IMG/VR virus record: IMGVR_UViG_3300017971_000265
Span: 1-64,000 of that record
Direction: 5' to 3' (one strand)
Length of the DNA stretch: 64,000 nt
Source: a virus
Shown here in pieces: positions 17,401-27,002 of the stretch (position 1 is the stretch's first letter; each line of letters begins with the position of its first letter). Under the pieces are notes generated by a model, which saw only the letters and a program-made list of their open reading frames with translations, did no database searches and had not been told where the DNA came from. The position numbers and the translations under genes were made by a program.

Positions 17401-17518
17401 GGATCATGATAAGAGTTCGGAGTGGATACGCAAGACGATGCATCGCACAGGGGAAGAAGCGCCTCAAAAAGTTGGTGACGTCCCAGAAGACGGCAAGCCC
17501 ATAATATTTACCGGGTAA
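14402..17518 (+). CDS. terL: Terminase large subunit with intein
   Basis: Walker A GAIGSGK|TT split by the intein; Walker B GVIDE; nuclease residues HID and DH.PGGSKDVSD. Confidence 0.92.
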   Translation: MITSTRGGRHRSKLTLMEKRQDLARQWESMSEIEKAGVRHIIDEVDFLGTENDVGFETLAEMFSCSEVYHGIAGAHYVDRIASVEEFVLDNYYLGHVGKYLWPKWLADLQEVFAGRYTEVIVTGAIGSGKCLDGKTEFYDPVRGCRLVLKEVCARDDVHVVAFDQETNTTVTKKAKVRLSGEKYLGTLTLASGKVIRLSPDHPVLTENGWSPIGDITMGELIATARSVPAPDFCYDVSDEEVEFVAFLLAEKRGVLAEKRGVLAEKREVGATENIGKTIFHPRGTRWVQHKYGLHETSHRKRIPPEFYGLSDEQLGLFLNRIWACDGSINIAAIATFEICLASELFIRDIQQLLLRFGIHSQLQKGEGSEDWQLTISGAENIGPLCAALGPVLGKESAWKEAAEWARVNQDNSNIELTRIGMDFESPERCSWWTGVFWDRVVSFDIDNEMSPVYDVEVPGLKNFAPHSVIVHNTTFSDIGIAYMFYELCMLRDPQATFGLMPGSEIVLVCFNRDKKLARDVTFGGLKRKLEVSPFFKELGCKFGGSELVYPDKNIRIIAVSVRSADALGRDVFGGVIDETEFMEGSILKGGGGVAAPGEKPFAELLHESITRRMKSRYERAGALPGKLFLSSSARHKQSFTNRRIASAANDPGIFCRDYAIYDVAPAERFSKKHFWVMVGTERIKHKIFHRREFRALGGEGRKQLEEKGCRFIKVPDNFRPDFERNIEDAIREIAGVVTVVLSPFIQMRDRIYDAIDPTLFHPMGSEVWRTDEATQIDWRRLVKLYERRVGPGRLVEELRPIRHPDATRHAHIDISLGASDPAGICIAHVVDTIDVERRTEGGREVVEQAPLIEVDLMLRILPPLNGEIDLGSIRALVYDFVKHGYNLTFVSMDLKFLSADTLQQFEHQGIDTEVISVDKTIQPYTYCKTALYEGRLSLYEYPIVLQELEQLQRDEIKQKVDHVPGGSKDVSDSLAGVVFSLSTKQAYRAPIMRGISEYEDHDKSSEWIRKTMHRTGEEAPQKVGDVPEDGKPIIFTG
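14792..15820 (+). mobile_element. Intein (343 aa) in terminase Walker A, degenerate LAGLIDADG
   Basis: Starts CLDGKT; block B SPDHPVL; ends VYDVEV...IVHN followed by Thr. Confidence 0.92.
15146..15208 (+). repeat. 21-bp tandem repeat x3 (LAEKRGV) inside the intein
   Basis: cttgcagaaaaaagaggagta x2 plus cttgcagaaaaaagagaagta. Confidence 0.95.
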
Positions 17519-17529
17519 AGGAGAAAGTC

Positions 17530-20500
17530 ATGACTCTAGTTGTAGCACAAAATATCAGGGATCAACTGCTTGGAAGGGGCGAGGGGAAGTATAGCCTCGA
17601 TACTATAGAGGACTATTTTCTTGAGGCGATGAATCTGATGTTGGGAGATCAGGATTTTGTGTCGGTTGGAGAGAATGTGTGGCAGGTAGAGGGTGAGACT
17701 CCGATTACCGTAGAGGTATTCAGAGTATTTCACGAGGCTACCGGACAAGATATCATCAATAGGGTAGTAATTGTGGCGGGCGACAATAGGAAAGAGGAGC
17801 GATGGGCACTTCCCCCGGCGCGTATTACCGAGAAGTTTTATTTGGATCATCTCAATGCGATCAAGGATTATGTTTCGCAATGTGTGATGGGCAGCATCAT
17901 AGGGGAAGACGTCGAGCTGGATGAAGCCACTTATAAACCAGGCAGCGTGGCTCACTTTCTTATGGTGCTGACGAGCAAGGTAATCCAGGCGGATCAGCGT
18001 CAAGAGAAGGCGGACATTAAGCGTGGAATATCGGTGAATATTTATCGCCTTGGACATTTTTTAAAAGCTATAAAGGATGTTCAAAAGGGTGTTTCTCGGG
18101 TGATGGGTAGCACTGAAAAGAAAGACTTATTGGTTTTGAAACAGCGAATCAGCCGAGCTTTTACTCCGCAGTTTTCTCCTTCCAAGTTTGTACAAAAAGC
18201 AATCGATAAATACCTGGAGACAGGTGCGCTTCCGAAGATCTCAGGCAAGCGGGGAACGAAACCTCCGTGGGAAGAAGTGGATGTAGAACATGATGACGTC
18301 GAGTTGGATGAAGGTTTGGCCAAGGCACCTTGGGAGAAGGGTGGTCCTTCATATGAGAAGCTTGGATATACAGTATTGGCAAAGGTAAAGGGGGTTTTTA
18401 AGACAGACAATGAGCAGGCGGCAAAACGGGTGGCTCGTGAGAAAGAACTCTCCTATGGATTATCAATCTATGGTTCGTGGTATATAGGCAGGCCGTATCA
18501 GCTAAAAAAGCTTGGTGTGCCTAGATGGCAGATAAGAGAAGACGTTTCATCTCTAAGGAAAAGAGACGGCGTGTCTTTATTTGTTGGGGAAGGGATAGAT
18601 CTAGATGAGGCTATTCAGTGGAAAAAGAAGAAGCAACCAGTGACAGGACTCGATAAGTTTGTTGCGGGCGATGTGCGTAACAAGATGGTACTTTCTCCAG
18701 CACTTGCTGGGGATGGCCGGATGAAGGGGTGGAGGCTCCAGTTTCCTAGTGGTGTCGTTATAAATCATCATATTGATGTTTCCGATTCTCATGGGGCGAA
18801 GCGGTGGGCGGAGAAAATAATTGCTACACGCAGAGAAGACGTCGAGTTGGGTGATACTGGATCAGTGGGGGATATTCAGTTGATGCGAGACGAGCTTCTG
18901 GGAGATATCGATGAGGCGTGTAAGACACCGGGCATGAAGAAGCGTTCTAAGGGGAAGGGTCGTGGCTTGGCCAAGGGCAAGGGCAGGGGGCCGTTGGGTA
19001 TTCCCATAGGAGACAAGGTTGAGTTGGAAGACGTCGAGATGAATGAGGCAAAAGAGTTGTCGCATAGAGAGGTGGAAAAAATAATTACATCCTATGCTTC
19101 GGAGTTGTTACCTCTTTTTGCAGACAAATGGAGTAGGTGGCCACAGGGCCAAGCGGCCAGGGAGATTTACAACGTTTTGATGAAAAAACATAAATTTTAT
19201 TCTAGCTCAAAGATGAGTAAGGAAGCTGGTGATATAAAGAATGTTGCTAGGACAATTTTGAAGCGGGGTGGTATCAAGGAAGACGTCGGGTTGGACGAGG
19301 CCCGGCGTAGGAAGAAGATGACCCCGCGAGTCGATCCCGACATCAAGAAGATTCGGCCAGGCACGGTGCCCAAGGAGATCACGCTGTTTGGTGGCAAGAA
19401 GCACGCGGTGGACCCCAAGGCGTGGAAGCACTTCGTGAAGGAGGCCAAGAAGAACAAGAAGTGGGCCGAAGATCACGAGTACGCGAAGAACCCGGACGAG
19501 TGGCCTGCCAGCGGCATAAGCAAGGACATGCTCAAGGAACGGCTCAGAAAATCGGTCGAGCAACTGGCCCTCGATTCGTATCGGTATGCCTATATGCGGT
19601 CGCACGGCGTGGCCAAGGCGTGGGGCTCGAATATGGCTCTCGATCCTGCCGCCAAGAGGAATTGGGAGAAGATCACAGGCAAGAAGATCGAGATCCCGAT
19701 GGACCCGGCTGAGAAGAAGGTGCTGGACGCGCTACGGAAGAAGCGCAGGAACGAGGGTGTAGACGTCTCTGGGTTGCGCGATGACCTTCTGGAGTGCGGG
19801 TGCGAGGACGAACTGGACGAGGCCAAGGGCTTTACCAAGGGGCAGCGCGTATCGACCCCGCTGGGACCGGGTGACGTGGCGTATCAGCGAATGGGTCCTC
19901 CGAACTACAGTGAGCCCGTGTCCGTGTCGGTGGTGATCGACAAGAAGCGCAACAAGCCGGGCTATACCGGGACGATGTTCAAGGCGAAGGACGTGAAGCC
20001 GCTCAAGGAGGATGTCGAGCTGGACGAGGGCATGACCAAGCACACCGTTTTCAAGTTCGGATCGCTGGATGATTTGTGGGATGCTCACGATGCTCTGCGA
20101 GAGGCTGGCATGAATGTCAGCCGGTGGACTGGTGGCTGGAACACCGGGATGCGTGGTCCAATCGCCGCGTGGGTTCACCAGAAGTCGAAGACTCTGGCAT
20201 TCGGTTCTCCGTCCGTAGCGAGCGAGGCCAAGAAGATCCTGTCCGCGAAGAAGATCAAGATCGCCAAGGAGTTCAAGGAAGACGTCGAGTTGGATGAGGG
20301 CGATTCCAATTATGCGCGTTCTGAACTTGGCTATTTGAAAAAAGGTGAGATATGGAGCATACAGATCAGGGATGACAGTGGTGGTGCAACAAAATGGATG
20401 GATATAAACAAAGAGGTAATTTCTGCGTTGAAAGGGAAGGGTCGGGGGACTTACGCTGCGAAGGAGATGGGCCGTTTGAAAAAAGGTGAGATATGGAGCA

Positions 20501-22515
20501 TGCAGATCAGGGATGACAGTGGTGGTGCAACGAAATGGATGAACGTTAGTCCTGGGAGAATCAAGGCGCTTATTTCGATATGGAGCAAGCAGGGTCAACG
20601 AGAAGACGTCGAGTTGGACGAGGCCAATAGAGGTTTGAAGTCACAGGCAAATTCTATTCTAGTGACGGCTCAGGAGATGGAGACAGATCCAGATTATTTG
20701 AGCAGAAAGCCTGTGTTGGTGAAGCCTTATGCGGAGAACATGAGGGGGCATGTCAAGGAGTTGTTGGCTCGAAGCAGAGATCCATTGGTAGAAGATATTG
20801 CCAATTCAATTAGCCAGATTCGACAGAAAATGGAAAAGATGGCTAGGTATAGTGGGGGGCGCATTCCTGCCGAAAGGTTTTCGGAGTTTTTTATAAAATT
20901 AAAAGCGCAGGCCAAGGGGATACTCTCTGCGCTGAGAAGCAAGTCGGTGGCGGAAGGCATATTAGATGAGGCCAAGAAGACCTACGTGGTGAACGTTAAG
21001 AAGTATTTCCGGGGCATCACGGATCGTGGCGCGGTGGTCAAGGCTAGGAGTGAGAAGGAGGCTATTGCCAAGGCTGCGAAGCAGCTTGGTAAGAAACCGA
21101 GTTATCTGGAGATTGAGAATGTGTACGAAGATGTCGAGATGAATGAGGGCGAAACTCTTTTTATTTCTCCGACTAAGGAGGGGAACAAAAAGTGGCAGAT
21201 CCTTCACAGCACTAGCGGGATGGTCGGGACAGGTGGCCAGATCATCAAGATAGGGGGCAAGAAGGAAATCAAGGCGCTGGCGGCCAAGCTCGCGAAGAAA
21301 TGGAAGGCCGAAGTCAAGGAACTGGCTGGCGAAGACATCGAGATGGAGGCTGGGGACGAAATTCACGCTCTCAGGGACGAGCTGCTTGGGGGCGTAGATG
21401 AGGCGTGCAAGACACCGGGTATGAAGAAGCGTTCTAAGGGGAAGGGTCGTGGCTTGGCCAAGGGCAAGGGCAGGGGTCCGTTGGGTATTCCTGTTGATGA
21501 GTTGGAAGACATCGAGCTGGATGAGGGCCGCAAGGTCAAGCAGTTTGAGTTGGGTGACATTGTACGTCATACCAAGAAGTTCTTGCGAAACACGGGTCAA
21601 TACACTGGAGTACCCAGGAGTGGAAAGGTTGTTGGTTTTATTGATCTTGCTGGAAAGAAACTACCAAGGGTGAAATGGGATGATGGTAATGAGGCTCCCA
21701 TTCAGCCGGAAAATATCGAAATACATCCGAGGCACAGGAGGCGTATCGAAGACGTCGAGTTGGATGAGGCTAAGACCATTGCTCAGTTTGATCCAGTGAA
21801 GGTGGGGACAAAGGTCAAGTTGGTTCGTGGCCTGTTTGATATGGAGAAAGATCTTTTGCGTAAGAAAAATGTGCATTTCACTTTCGTTCGGTGGGCGAAG
21901 CCTCACGGGCATGCTGTGGTGAAGGATAGTAGTGGAGCGAATTGGCATGTGCATCCCGAGTCTCTTATTCTTGCCGAAGATGTCGAGTTGGATGAGGCTA
22001 CGCCAGCTGGTGGTGCGGTAGCACTGAAAGCAATAGCGGCACTAATGAAGGATTTCCAATACGCTCCCAAGGAATCGAACAAGTATTATGCGGCGTTTGT
22101 ATATCGGGGACGAGGGGGTAATCAATCTAGGATACTCGCGAAAGCTGAGAGTGCCTTGGCTGATGCTGGTTTTGACGAAGCGTCTTTTGGCACGTCGGGG
22201 GCTGGGCTTATGGCCGAGACGAGGAGGGGCAAGGTCTGGGTCAATATATATCTACCAGGACTAAGGACAGAAGACGTCGAACTGGATGAGGCTGGTGTAA
22301 CTGGTTATTCAATTATGCAGCTTTATAATATTTTGGCCCGGACGGTTAAGAAGGGAACTGTAAAAGAGATCGAGATGATTCATAACGAGTTAAAGGCCAA
22401 GGGGGCTGATATGCACCTGGTTGACCTAATTATCAGATCGGGAGGAAAGCTTCCTGGTCGTGTCAAAAAAATAGCATCTTTGAGCGAGATGAGAAATGAG
22501 CTGCTGGGCAGCTAG
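17530..22515 (+). CDS. Putative head polyprotein: ~18 modules separated by EDVELDE-type linkers
   Basis: About 17 (E)DVE(L/M)(D/N)E(A/G)-like linkers; lies between terminase and portal; AAGGAG RBS. Confidence 0.75.
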   Translation: MTLVVAQNIRDQLLGRGEGKYSLDTIEDYFLEAMNLMLGDQDFVSVGENVWQVEGETPITVEVFRVFHEATGQDIINRVVIVAGDNRKEERWALPPARITEKFYLDHLNAIKDYVSQCVMGSIIGEDVELDEATYKPGSVAHFLMVLTSKVIQADQRQEKADIKRGISVNIYRLGHFLKAIKDVQKGVSRVMGSTEKKDLLVLKQRISRAFTPQFSPSKFVQKAIDKYLETGALPKISGKRGTKPPWEEVDVEHDDVELDEGLAKAPWEKGGPSYEKLGYTVLAKVKGVFKTDNEQAAKRVAREKELSYGLSIYGSWYIGRPYQLKKLGVPRWQIREDVSSLRKRDGVSLFVGEGIDLDEAIQWKKKKQPVTGLDKFVAGDVRNKMVLSPALAGDGRMKGWRLQFPSGVVINHHIDVSDSHGAKRWAEKIIATRREDVELGDTGSVGDIQLMRDELLGDIDEACKTPGMKKRSKGKGRGLAKGKGRGPLGIPIGDKVELEDVEMNEAKELSHREVEKIITSYASELLPLFADKWSRWPQGQAAREIYNVLMKKHKFYSSSKMSKEAGDIKNVARTILKRGGIKEDVGLDEARRRKKMTPRVDPDIKKIRPGTVPKEITLFGGKKHAVDPKAWKHFVKEAKKNKKWAEDHEYAKNPDEWPASGISKDMLKERLRKSVEQLALDSYRYAYMRSHGVAKAWGSNMALDPAAKRNWEKITGKKIEIPMDPAEKKVLDALRKKRRNEGVDVSGLRDDLLECGCEDELDEAKGFTKGQRVSTPLGPGDVAYQRMGPPNYSEPVSVSVVIDKKRNKPGYTGTMFKAKDVKPLKEDVELDEGMTKHTVFKFGSLDDLWDAHDALREAGMNVSRWTGGWNTGMRGPIAAWVHQKSKTLAFGSPSVASEAKKILSAKKIKIAKEFKEDVELDEGDSNYARSELGYLKKGEIWSIQIRDDSGGATKWMDINKEVISALKGKGRGTYAAKEMGRLKKGEIWSMQIRDDSGGATKWMNVSPGRIKALISIWSKQGQREDVELDEANRGLKSQANSILVTAQEMETDPDYLSRKPVLVKPYAENMRGHVKELLARSRDPLVEDIANSISQIRQKMEKMARYSGGRIPAERFSEFFIKLKAQAKGILSALRSKSVAEGILDEAKKTYVVNVKKYFRGITDRGAVVKARSEKEAIAKAAKQLGKKPSYLEIENVYEDVEMNEGETLFISPTKEGNKKWQILHSTSGMVGTGGQIIKIGGKKEIKALAAKLAKKWKAEVKELAGEDIEMEAGDEIHALRDELLGGVDEACKTPGMKKRSKGKGRGLAKGKGRGPLGIPVDELEDIELDEGRKVKQFELGDIVRHTKKFLRNTGQYTGVPRSGKVVGFIDLAGKKLPRVKWDDGNEAPIQPENIEIHPRHRRRIEDVELDEAKTIAQFDPVKVGTKVKLVRGLFDMEKDLLRKKNVHFTFVRWAKPHGHAVVKDSSGANWHVHPESLILAEDVELDEATPAGGAVALKAIAALMKDFQYAPKESNKYYAAFVYRGRGGNQSRILAKAESALADAGFDEASFGTSGAGLMAETRRGKVWVNIYLPGLRTEDVELDEAGVTGYSIMQLYNILARTVKKGTVKEIEMIHNELKAKGADMHLVDLIIRSGGKLPGRVKKIASLSEMRNELLGS

Positions 22516-22525
22516 AGGAGGATAG

Positions 22526-23824
22526 ATGTCGCGACTAGAGTCGATTCGGGCCTTACGGGATGCTGTTGTAGAAAACAAAAGGGTTGGAAATCAGTCTCGT
22601 CTTGAATCGGGAGAGAAGCCTCGGTCTAGGATCAGGTTGCCAATTTTGCCAACTAAGAAGAAAGAATTGAGGCAGAAAAAAATTGAGTGGAGTGGCATTG
22701 ATTTCCGTCAATGGCTTACTGACGTCAACGAAGCGGTAGATTCTATTACTGGGATGGACATGGATATTTTGCCAGAGATGCCTTGGCAGAGCTGGTTCAA
22801 AGAAGGGATGGAGCCAGAGGATGCGGCAAGGCTTGCGCTGGAAGCTGCAGAGTTAGGGGATGATATCTCTGAAGAGGAGGAGGAGTTGAATGAGCGTGGC
22901 TTTTTTAGGCCGTCGTATCAAAAATGGATCAGCAAGCTCGATAAGCGATTAAGAAAAAAGGGAGGGGCTACTCTTTCAGCTCTCAAAAGGGCGGGTCGAG
23001 TCTCTAATTCAACTCTCCATTCTATATTTATGAGCCAGGCCACGGCAGAAATGGCTGCTCGGATGCTGCTTCAGGCCGTAGGAACTCCGATGGAAGATGA
23101 AGCAGTGTCTCTTCGGAGGCGCAATTTTGTATCGGAGAACCAGATGGAGGATTCTTTTGATCAATTGCGTGACCTAATGGATGAGTTTGGGATTGGTACT
23201 AGCCGTCCCCCTGTGACGACACGGGATATTGGCGAACCAGAGGAAGGGCTCGATGAGGAAAATACATCTTCTTCTCAGGAAACCCATGAGCTTCCTCAGA
23301 AGGCCCAGAGTCCTTCTCAGTTGTCCCAAGACGTATCAAGTGCCATTGCTGCCGTAAGGGCTGTGGAGGAGAAGGAGCGGGCACACAAGGATGCTCAGAG
23401 TGAGATAGAAGAGGCTTCTGTTCAAGGTGGAGACTATGGAAGGTGGGGGCCAGCTACGACAGCGGCTGGATCGGCTGGCAGATCCTTAGCGTCGGCCATT
23501 GCTAAGGCGAGTGGTGAGAGCTATCATTTTCATCAGGAAGGGATGGCTCAAAGTGCGGATGTGGGATCGGATCTTTGGTTTGAGATCGAGCCAAAAAATC
23601 CTAAGAGCCCTATTTACTATTTGGGTATCAAGATAAAAGGGGACAAGGAAGATCCGCGATGGGATGTTATGCTTAAGAAGGGTGCTGGGCTGGGATCAGC
23701 TACTTCGGTTGGGTCGAAACGCGGCATAGAGACGTCTAAGTTAAAGGGGGCGATTAACGAACTCAAGGCTGGGTTGAAACAAAAAACGAAAAAGAAGGAT
23801 GGTGATAAAGATGCGGCCAGTTAA
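22526..23824 (+). CDS. Putative internal head protein, multi-module
   Basis: EEELNE, SLRRRNFVSE, GLDEE and EIEEA candidate processing sites; GAGGAGG RBS. Confidence 0.6.
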   Translation: MSRLESIRALRDAVVENKRVGNQSRLESGEKPRSRIRLPILPTKKKELRQKKIEWSGIDFRQWLTDVNEAVDSITGMDMDILPEMPWQSWFKEGMEPEDAARLALEAAELGDDISEEEEELNERGFFRPSYQKWISKLDKRLRKKGGATLSALKRAGRVSNSTLHSIFMSQATAEMAARMLLQAVGTPMEDEAVSLRRRNFVSENQMEDSFDQLRDLMDEFGIGTSRPPVTTRDIGEPEEGLDEENTSSSQETHELPQKAQSPSQLSQDVSSAIAAVRAVEEKERAHKDAQSEIEEASVQGGDYGRWGPATTAAGSAGRSLASAIAKASGESYHFHQEGMAQSADVGSDLWFEIEPKNPKSPIYYLGIKIKGDKEDPRWDVMLKKGAGLGSATSVGSKRGIETSKLKGAINELKAGLKQKTKKKDGDKDAAS

Positions 23825-24107
23825 AGTGAGACTTCCGATGCATCACAAAGATCCTGAGACGGGTCAAATAAAAAGCACCTATGCGACCTATCGGGGCTAT
23901 GAGGCACAAGTCACGGAGGGAGAACGGCAGCGATTCCATACGGCACGGCTGTTCTATTTGAAAAACACCAAGGATGAGGATTGTGTATTCAGAGTCAGGG
24001 GCAACGGCATCTATGAGATGCAAAAGGTTGGTCTCAATCGCGTCTTAGCCAGTGGGACAATGATGGATTCGACACCTCCAGAAATTATTCCGCAGATGGG
24101 GCAGTAG
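23811..24107 (+). CDS. Hypothetical protein
   Basis: Fills the gap between 22526..23824 and the portal gene. Confidence 0.6.
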   Translation: MRPVKVRLPMHHKDPETGQIKSTYATYRGYEAQVTEGERQRFHTARLFYLKNTKDEDCVFRVRGNGIYEMQKVGLNRVLASGTMMDSTPPEIIPQMGQ

Positions 24108-24110
24108 CGA

Positions 24111-26858
24111 ATGTCTAAGATCTCGCAGGCATCGGCCCAATTTATTCGGAATATTTTTGGGCGAGAGAGAGCAAAGAGCGATCTGGCAATTTCGTCTAGG
24201 GAGTTGATTAGAACGGCCCAGGGTGGGATGTATGGATCTGGAATAGATGTGGGAGGTATCGGAGGTATTGGAGAAGCCCTAGCTCTCGATAGACGTCTCC
24301 TCTATCGTTACGGTGACTATGAGGAGATGGATGAATACCCCGATATTAATGCGGCCCTGGATATTTATGCTGACGATACTACACAGGTTGATGGGGCTAA
24401 GAGACAAAGCGTGTGGGTCGAAAGTGATGATGGCAAAATCAAGGATGAACTAAATGATCTTTTTCATGAACGTTTAAAGATTGAGGAAAATATCTGGTCT
24501 ATTGCGAGAACTCTCTCAAAGTACGGGAATGATTTCGAAGAAATTGTAGTGGGGGATGGCGGGGTTGTTGATCTTAACTATTTACCTATCGCCAGTGTGA
24601 GGCGCGTAGAGGATAAGCGGGGAAACCTCTTAGGATTTGCACAGACCTTTTCTGGCAACGTGGATATATCGCCGGAACAGTTTGAGAAATTACGAATTCC
24701 CGGAGGGGGCGCTGTAGGGCCTCAAAAGGACGTCGCTGCATTTGAAGATTGGCGTGTTGTGCATATGAGATTGCTCTCGAAGCATCGTGAATCAAAGTAT
24801 GGATGGAGTGTGGTAGATGCGGCGAGATGGATCTGGAAAAGATTGATGCTGCTCGAAGATGCCGTGATGGTTTACAAGTTATGTTTGCGTGGTGACTCTC
24901 AGGTATGGACAACAAATGGTAAGAAGGCCATTAGGGATCTTGAGGAGGGGGAAGAGGTTTTTTCCTACACAAGGGATGATGTCCTGAAAAAGACTAGGGT
25001 TGTTTATAAAAAACATAATGGGAAAGATCGACTTTTTAGGATTAAAAGCGCCCATCGTGAGCTGTTTGCTAATGCGACACACCCCGTATTGGTTGAGACA
25101 ATCATTGGCAAGGGAAGTGGCAAATCGTGTGGGCGCAGGATGGATTATGTCGAGGTAAAGGATCTTAGGCCGGGTGAGCATCGTCTTGTGACTCCTTTTA
25201 GGGATGATAGTCTTTGTGAAGATATACCATTGGTCGTGCCGGAGGCGCTTGACGACAATAAGAAGTTAAATCTACCCAAAGTAGTAAATGCTGATTTTGC
25301 AAAATGGTTTGGCTTTATGATCGGTGTTGGTTTTGCTTCGGCGCGATCTTTTATCGAGGGAGATAGAGCATGTCTGGTCTACGAGGTAGGTTTTGTATCC
25401 GGGGACAAGAGGGACATTAATGAGAAGTATCGAGAACTATTTGCTTCCTTCTTTGGTGAGCCCAAATTTGTGAAAGCTGAGAGGTCCAGGCATGATTGTG
25501 TCGGTAAGTTTTTAATATCTTCGAGGGCTCTTTATGAGTTTATGATATTGAATGGATTTATGGCGCATAACAGACGGATTCCAGAATGGGTCTTTAGGTC
25601 TTCAACGGTTGTACGGGAAGCGTTCCTTGAGGGATTAGCTGATGGCTATTGCGAAGGGGGTGGGGTCAGTGTTGAACGCGGTCGTGTAAGCATATCTCTT
25701 GAGTCGTGTAATTTTGAATTGGTCAGAGATGTACGTGAACTAGTGATGCAGCTTGGTTTTAGGGTTGGCAAGATTACGTCTAGGGAAAGACCGGATAGTT
25801 ATCTTCCCGAGACGACTATTTATTGTGTGAGTTGGAGTTATGATAGGCAACCTATGACTGAGGAGCTGGAAAGTGTTGAAGAGGTCGAGGTTGATGATAT
25901 TTGGGACATTGGTGTTGAGGCTGATGAGCATAATTTCGTAGCGAATGGAATAGTTGTTCATAACACTAGGAGTCCATCTAGGTATGCTTTTTATATTGAT
26001 GTGGGAAAATCGAATCGACAAGAGGCAGAGCGGTATGTGCAAGAGGTGATGCAGCGATTGAAGAAGAAGAAGTTTGTGAATCCCAAGACGGGAAAATTGG
26101 ATCTTAAAAATAACCCCATGGGGATGGATGAAGACTTCTTTTTGGCAATGCGTGAGGGTAGGGAGCAGACCAGGGTAGAGTCATTAATGGGGCCGTCGTA
26201 TCAGCAAGTTGACGATGTGGAATATTTTTTAAACAAACTCTATGCTGCGATAAGAATCCCCAAGGCGTATCTGGGATATGATCAAAATCTCCCAAGCAAG
26301 GCAACCCTAAGTATGGAAGACGTCCGTTTCGGGCGGACTATTTTGCGCATTCAGCGAGAGGTGCGCAACGGGTTGAGAAAGATTGCTAATGTTGATTTAG
26401 CGGCGAGGCGAATAGATCCTGCTGCGACTAAGTTTGATATAATGATGGCTGTACCGAGTGCCATATTCGAGCTTGGCCAGATGGAGATTAGGCGAGCACG
26501 GGCCGATCTCGCCTCTATGATGGAACGGCACGTATCTCTCTACTGGATCTTGAGCAACATCTATGGTTTGGCAGAGGATGAAATAGCCGAAATAACCAAG
26601 CAGAAAAAAACTGAACAAAAGATGATGGGCGGTGCTGGAGGCGGTATGGGTGGGGGAGGTTTTGAGTCGGTTGATCCCAGGCAGGGCAGGGTAATTAGTG
26701 AGCGTGAATTGATGGATGGAAAAAAAGAAGACGAGAAACGTGTCGAAGAGATTGTTCACAAGGTGGTAAATGATCCATCGAGTCCGTTGGGTAGGCAACT
26801 GCGAGAAACGGGACATCTCGTTCGTGAAATTGTCCATTCTCTTCATAGTTCTGCATAA
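24111..26858 (+). CDS. Portal protein (T4 gp20-like) with intein
   Basis: YEEMDEYPDINAALDIYAD, LMLLEDAVMVY..|TRSPSR.AFYIDVG and DVEYFLNKLY.A.RIP motifs. Confidence 0.92.
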   Translation: MSKISQASAQFIRNIFGRERAKSDLAISSRELIRTAQGGMYGSGIDVGGIGGIGEALALDRRLLYRYGDYEEMDEYPDINAALDIYADDTTQVDGAKRQSVWVESDDGKIKDELNDLFHERLKIEENIWSIARTLSKYGNDFEEIVVGDGGVVDLNYLPIASVRRVEDKRGNLLGFAQTFSGNVDISPEQFEKLRIPGGGAVGPQKDVAAFEDWRVVHMRLLSKHRESKYGWSVVDAARWIWKRLMLLEDAVMVYKLCLRGDSQVWTTNGKKAIRDLEEGEEVFSYTRDDVLKKTRVVYKKHNGKDRLFRIKSAHRELFANATHPVLVETIIGKGSGKSCGRRMDYVEVKDLRPGEHRLVTPFRDDSLCEDIPLVVPEALDDNKKLNLPKVVNADFAKWFGFMIGVGFASARSFIEGDRACLVYEVGFVSGDKRDINEKYRELFASFFGEPKFVKAERSRHDCVGKFLISSRALYEFMILNGFMAHNRRIPEWVFRSSTVVREAFLEGLADGYCEGGGVSVERGRVSISLESCNFELVRDVRELVMQLGFRVGKITSRERPDSYLPETTIYCVSWSYDRQPMTEELESVEEVEVDDIWDIGVEADEHNFVANGIVVHNTRSPSRYAFYIDVGKSNRQEAERYVQEVMQRLKKKKFVNPKTGKLDLKNNPMGMDEDFFLAMREGREQTRVESLMGPSYQQVDDVEYFLNKLYAAIRIPKAYLGYDQNLPSKATLSMEDVRFGRTILRIQREVRNGLRKIANVDLAARRIDPAATKFDIMMAVPSAIFELGQMEIRRARADLASMMERHVSLYWILSNIYGLAEDEIAEITKQKKTEQKMMGGAGGGMGGGGFESVDPRQGRVISERELMDGKKEDEKRVEEIVHKVVNDPSSPLGRQLRETGHLVREIVHSLHSSA
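24882..25964 (+). mobile_element. Intein (361 aa) in portal, degenerate LAGLIDADG
   Basis: CLRGDS...NATHPVL...HNFVANGIVVHN followed by Thr. Confidence 0.92.
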
Positions 26859-27002
26859 TCTTGTGCATTCATCGTACATACGCCAGAAGTATTCTGAACA
26901 TATATCTTTAAAAAAACGTTTTATAACGTTGTGGTTTATTGACATGCACGCGATTTCATTAAGTAATGGAATGTGTGGTTTCATCTTTCGTTAGGAGGAG
27001 TA

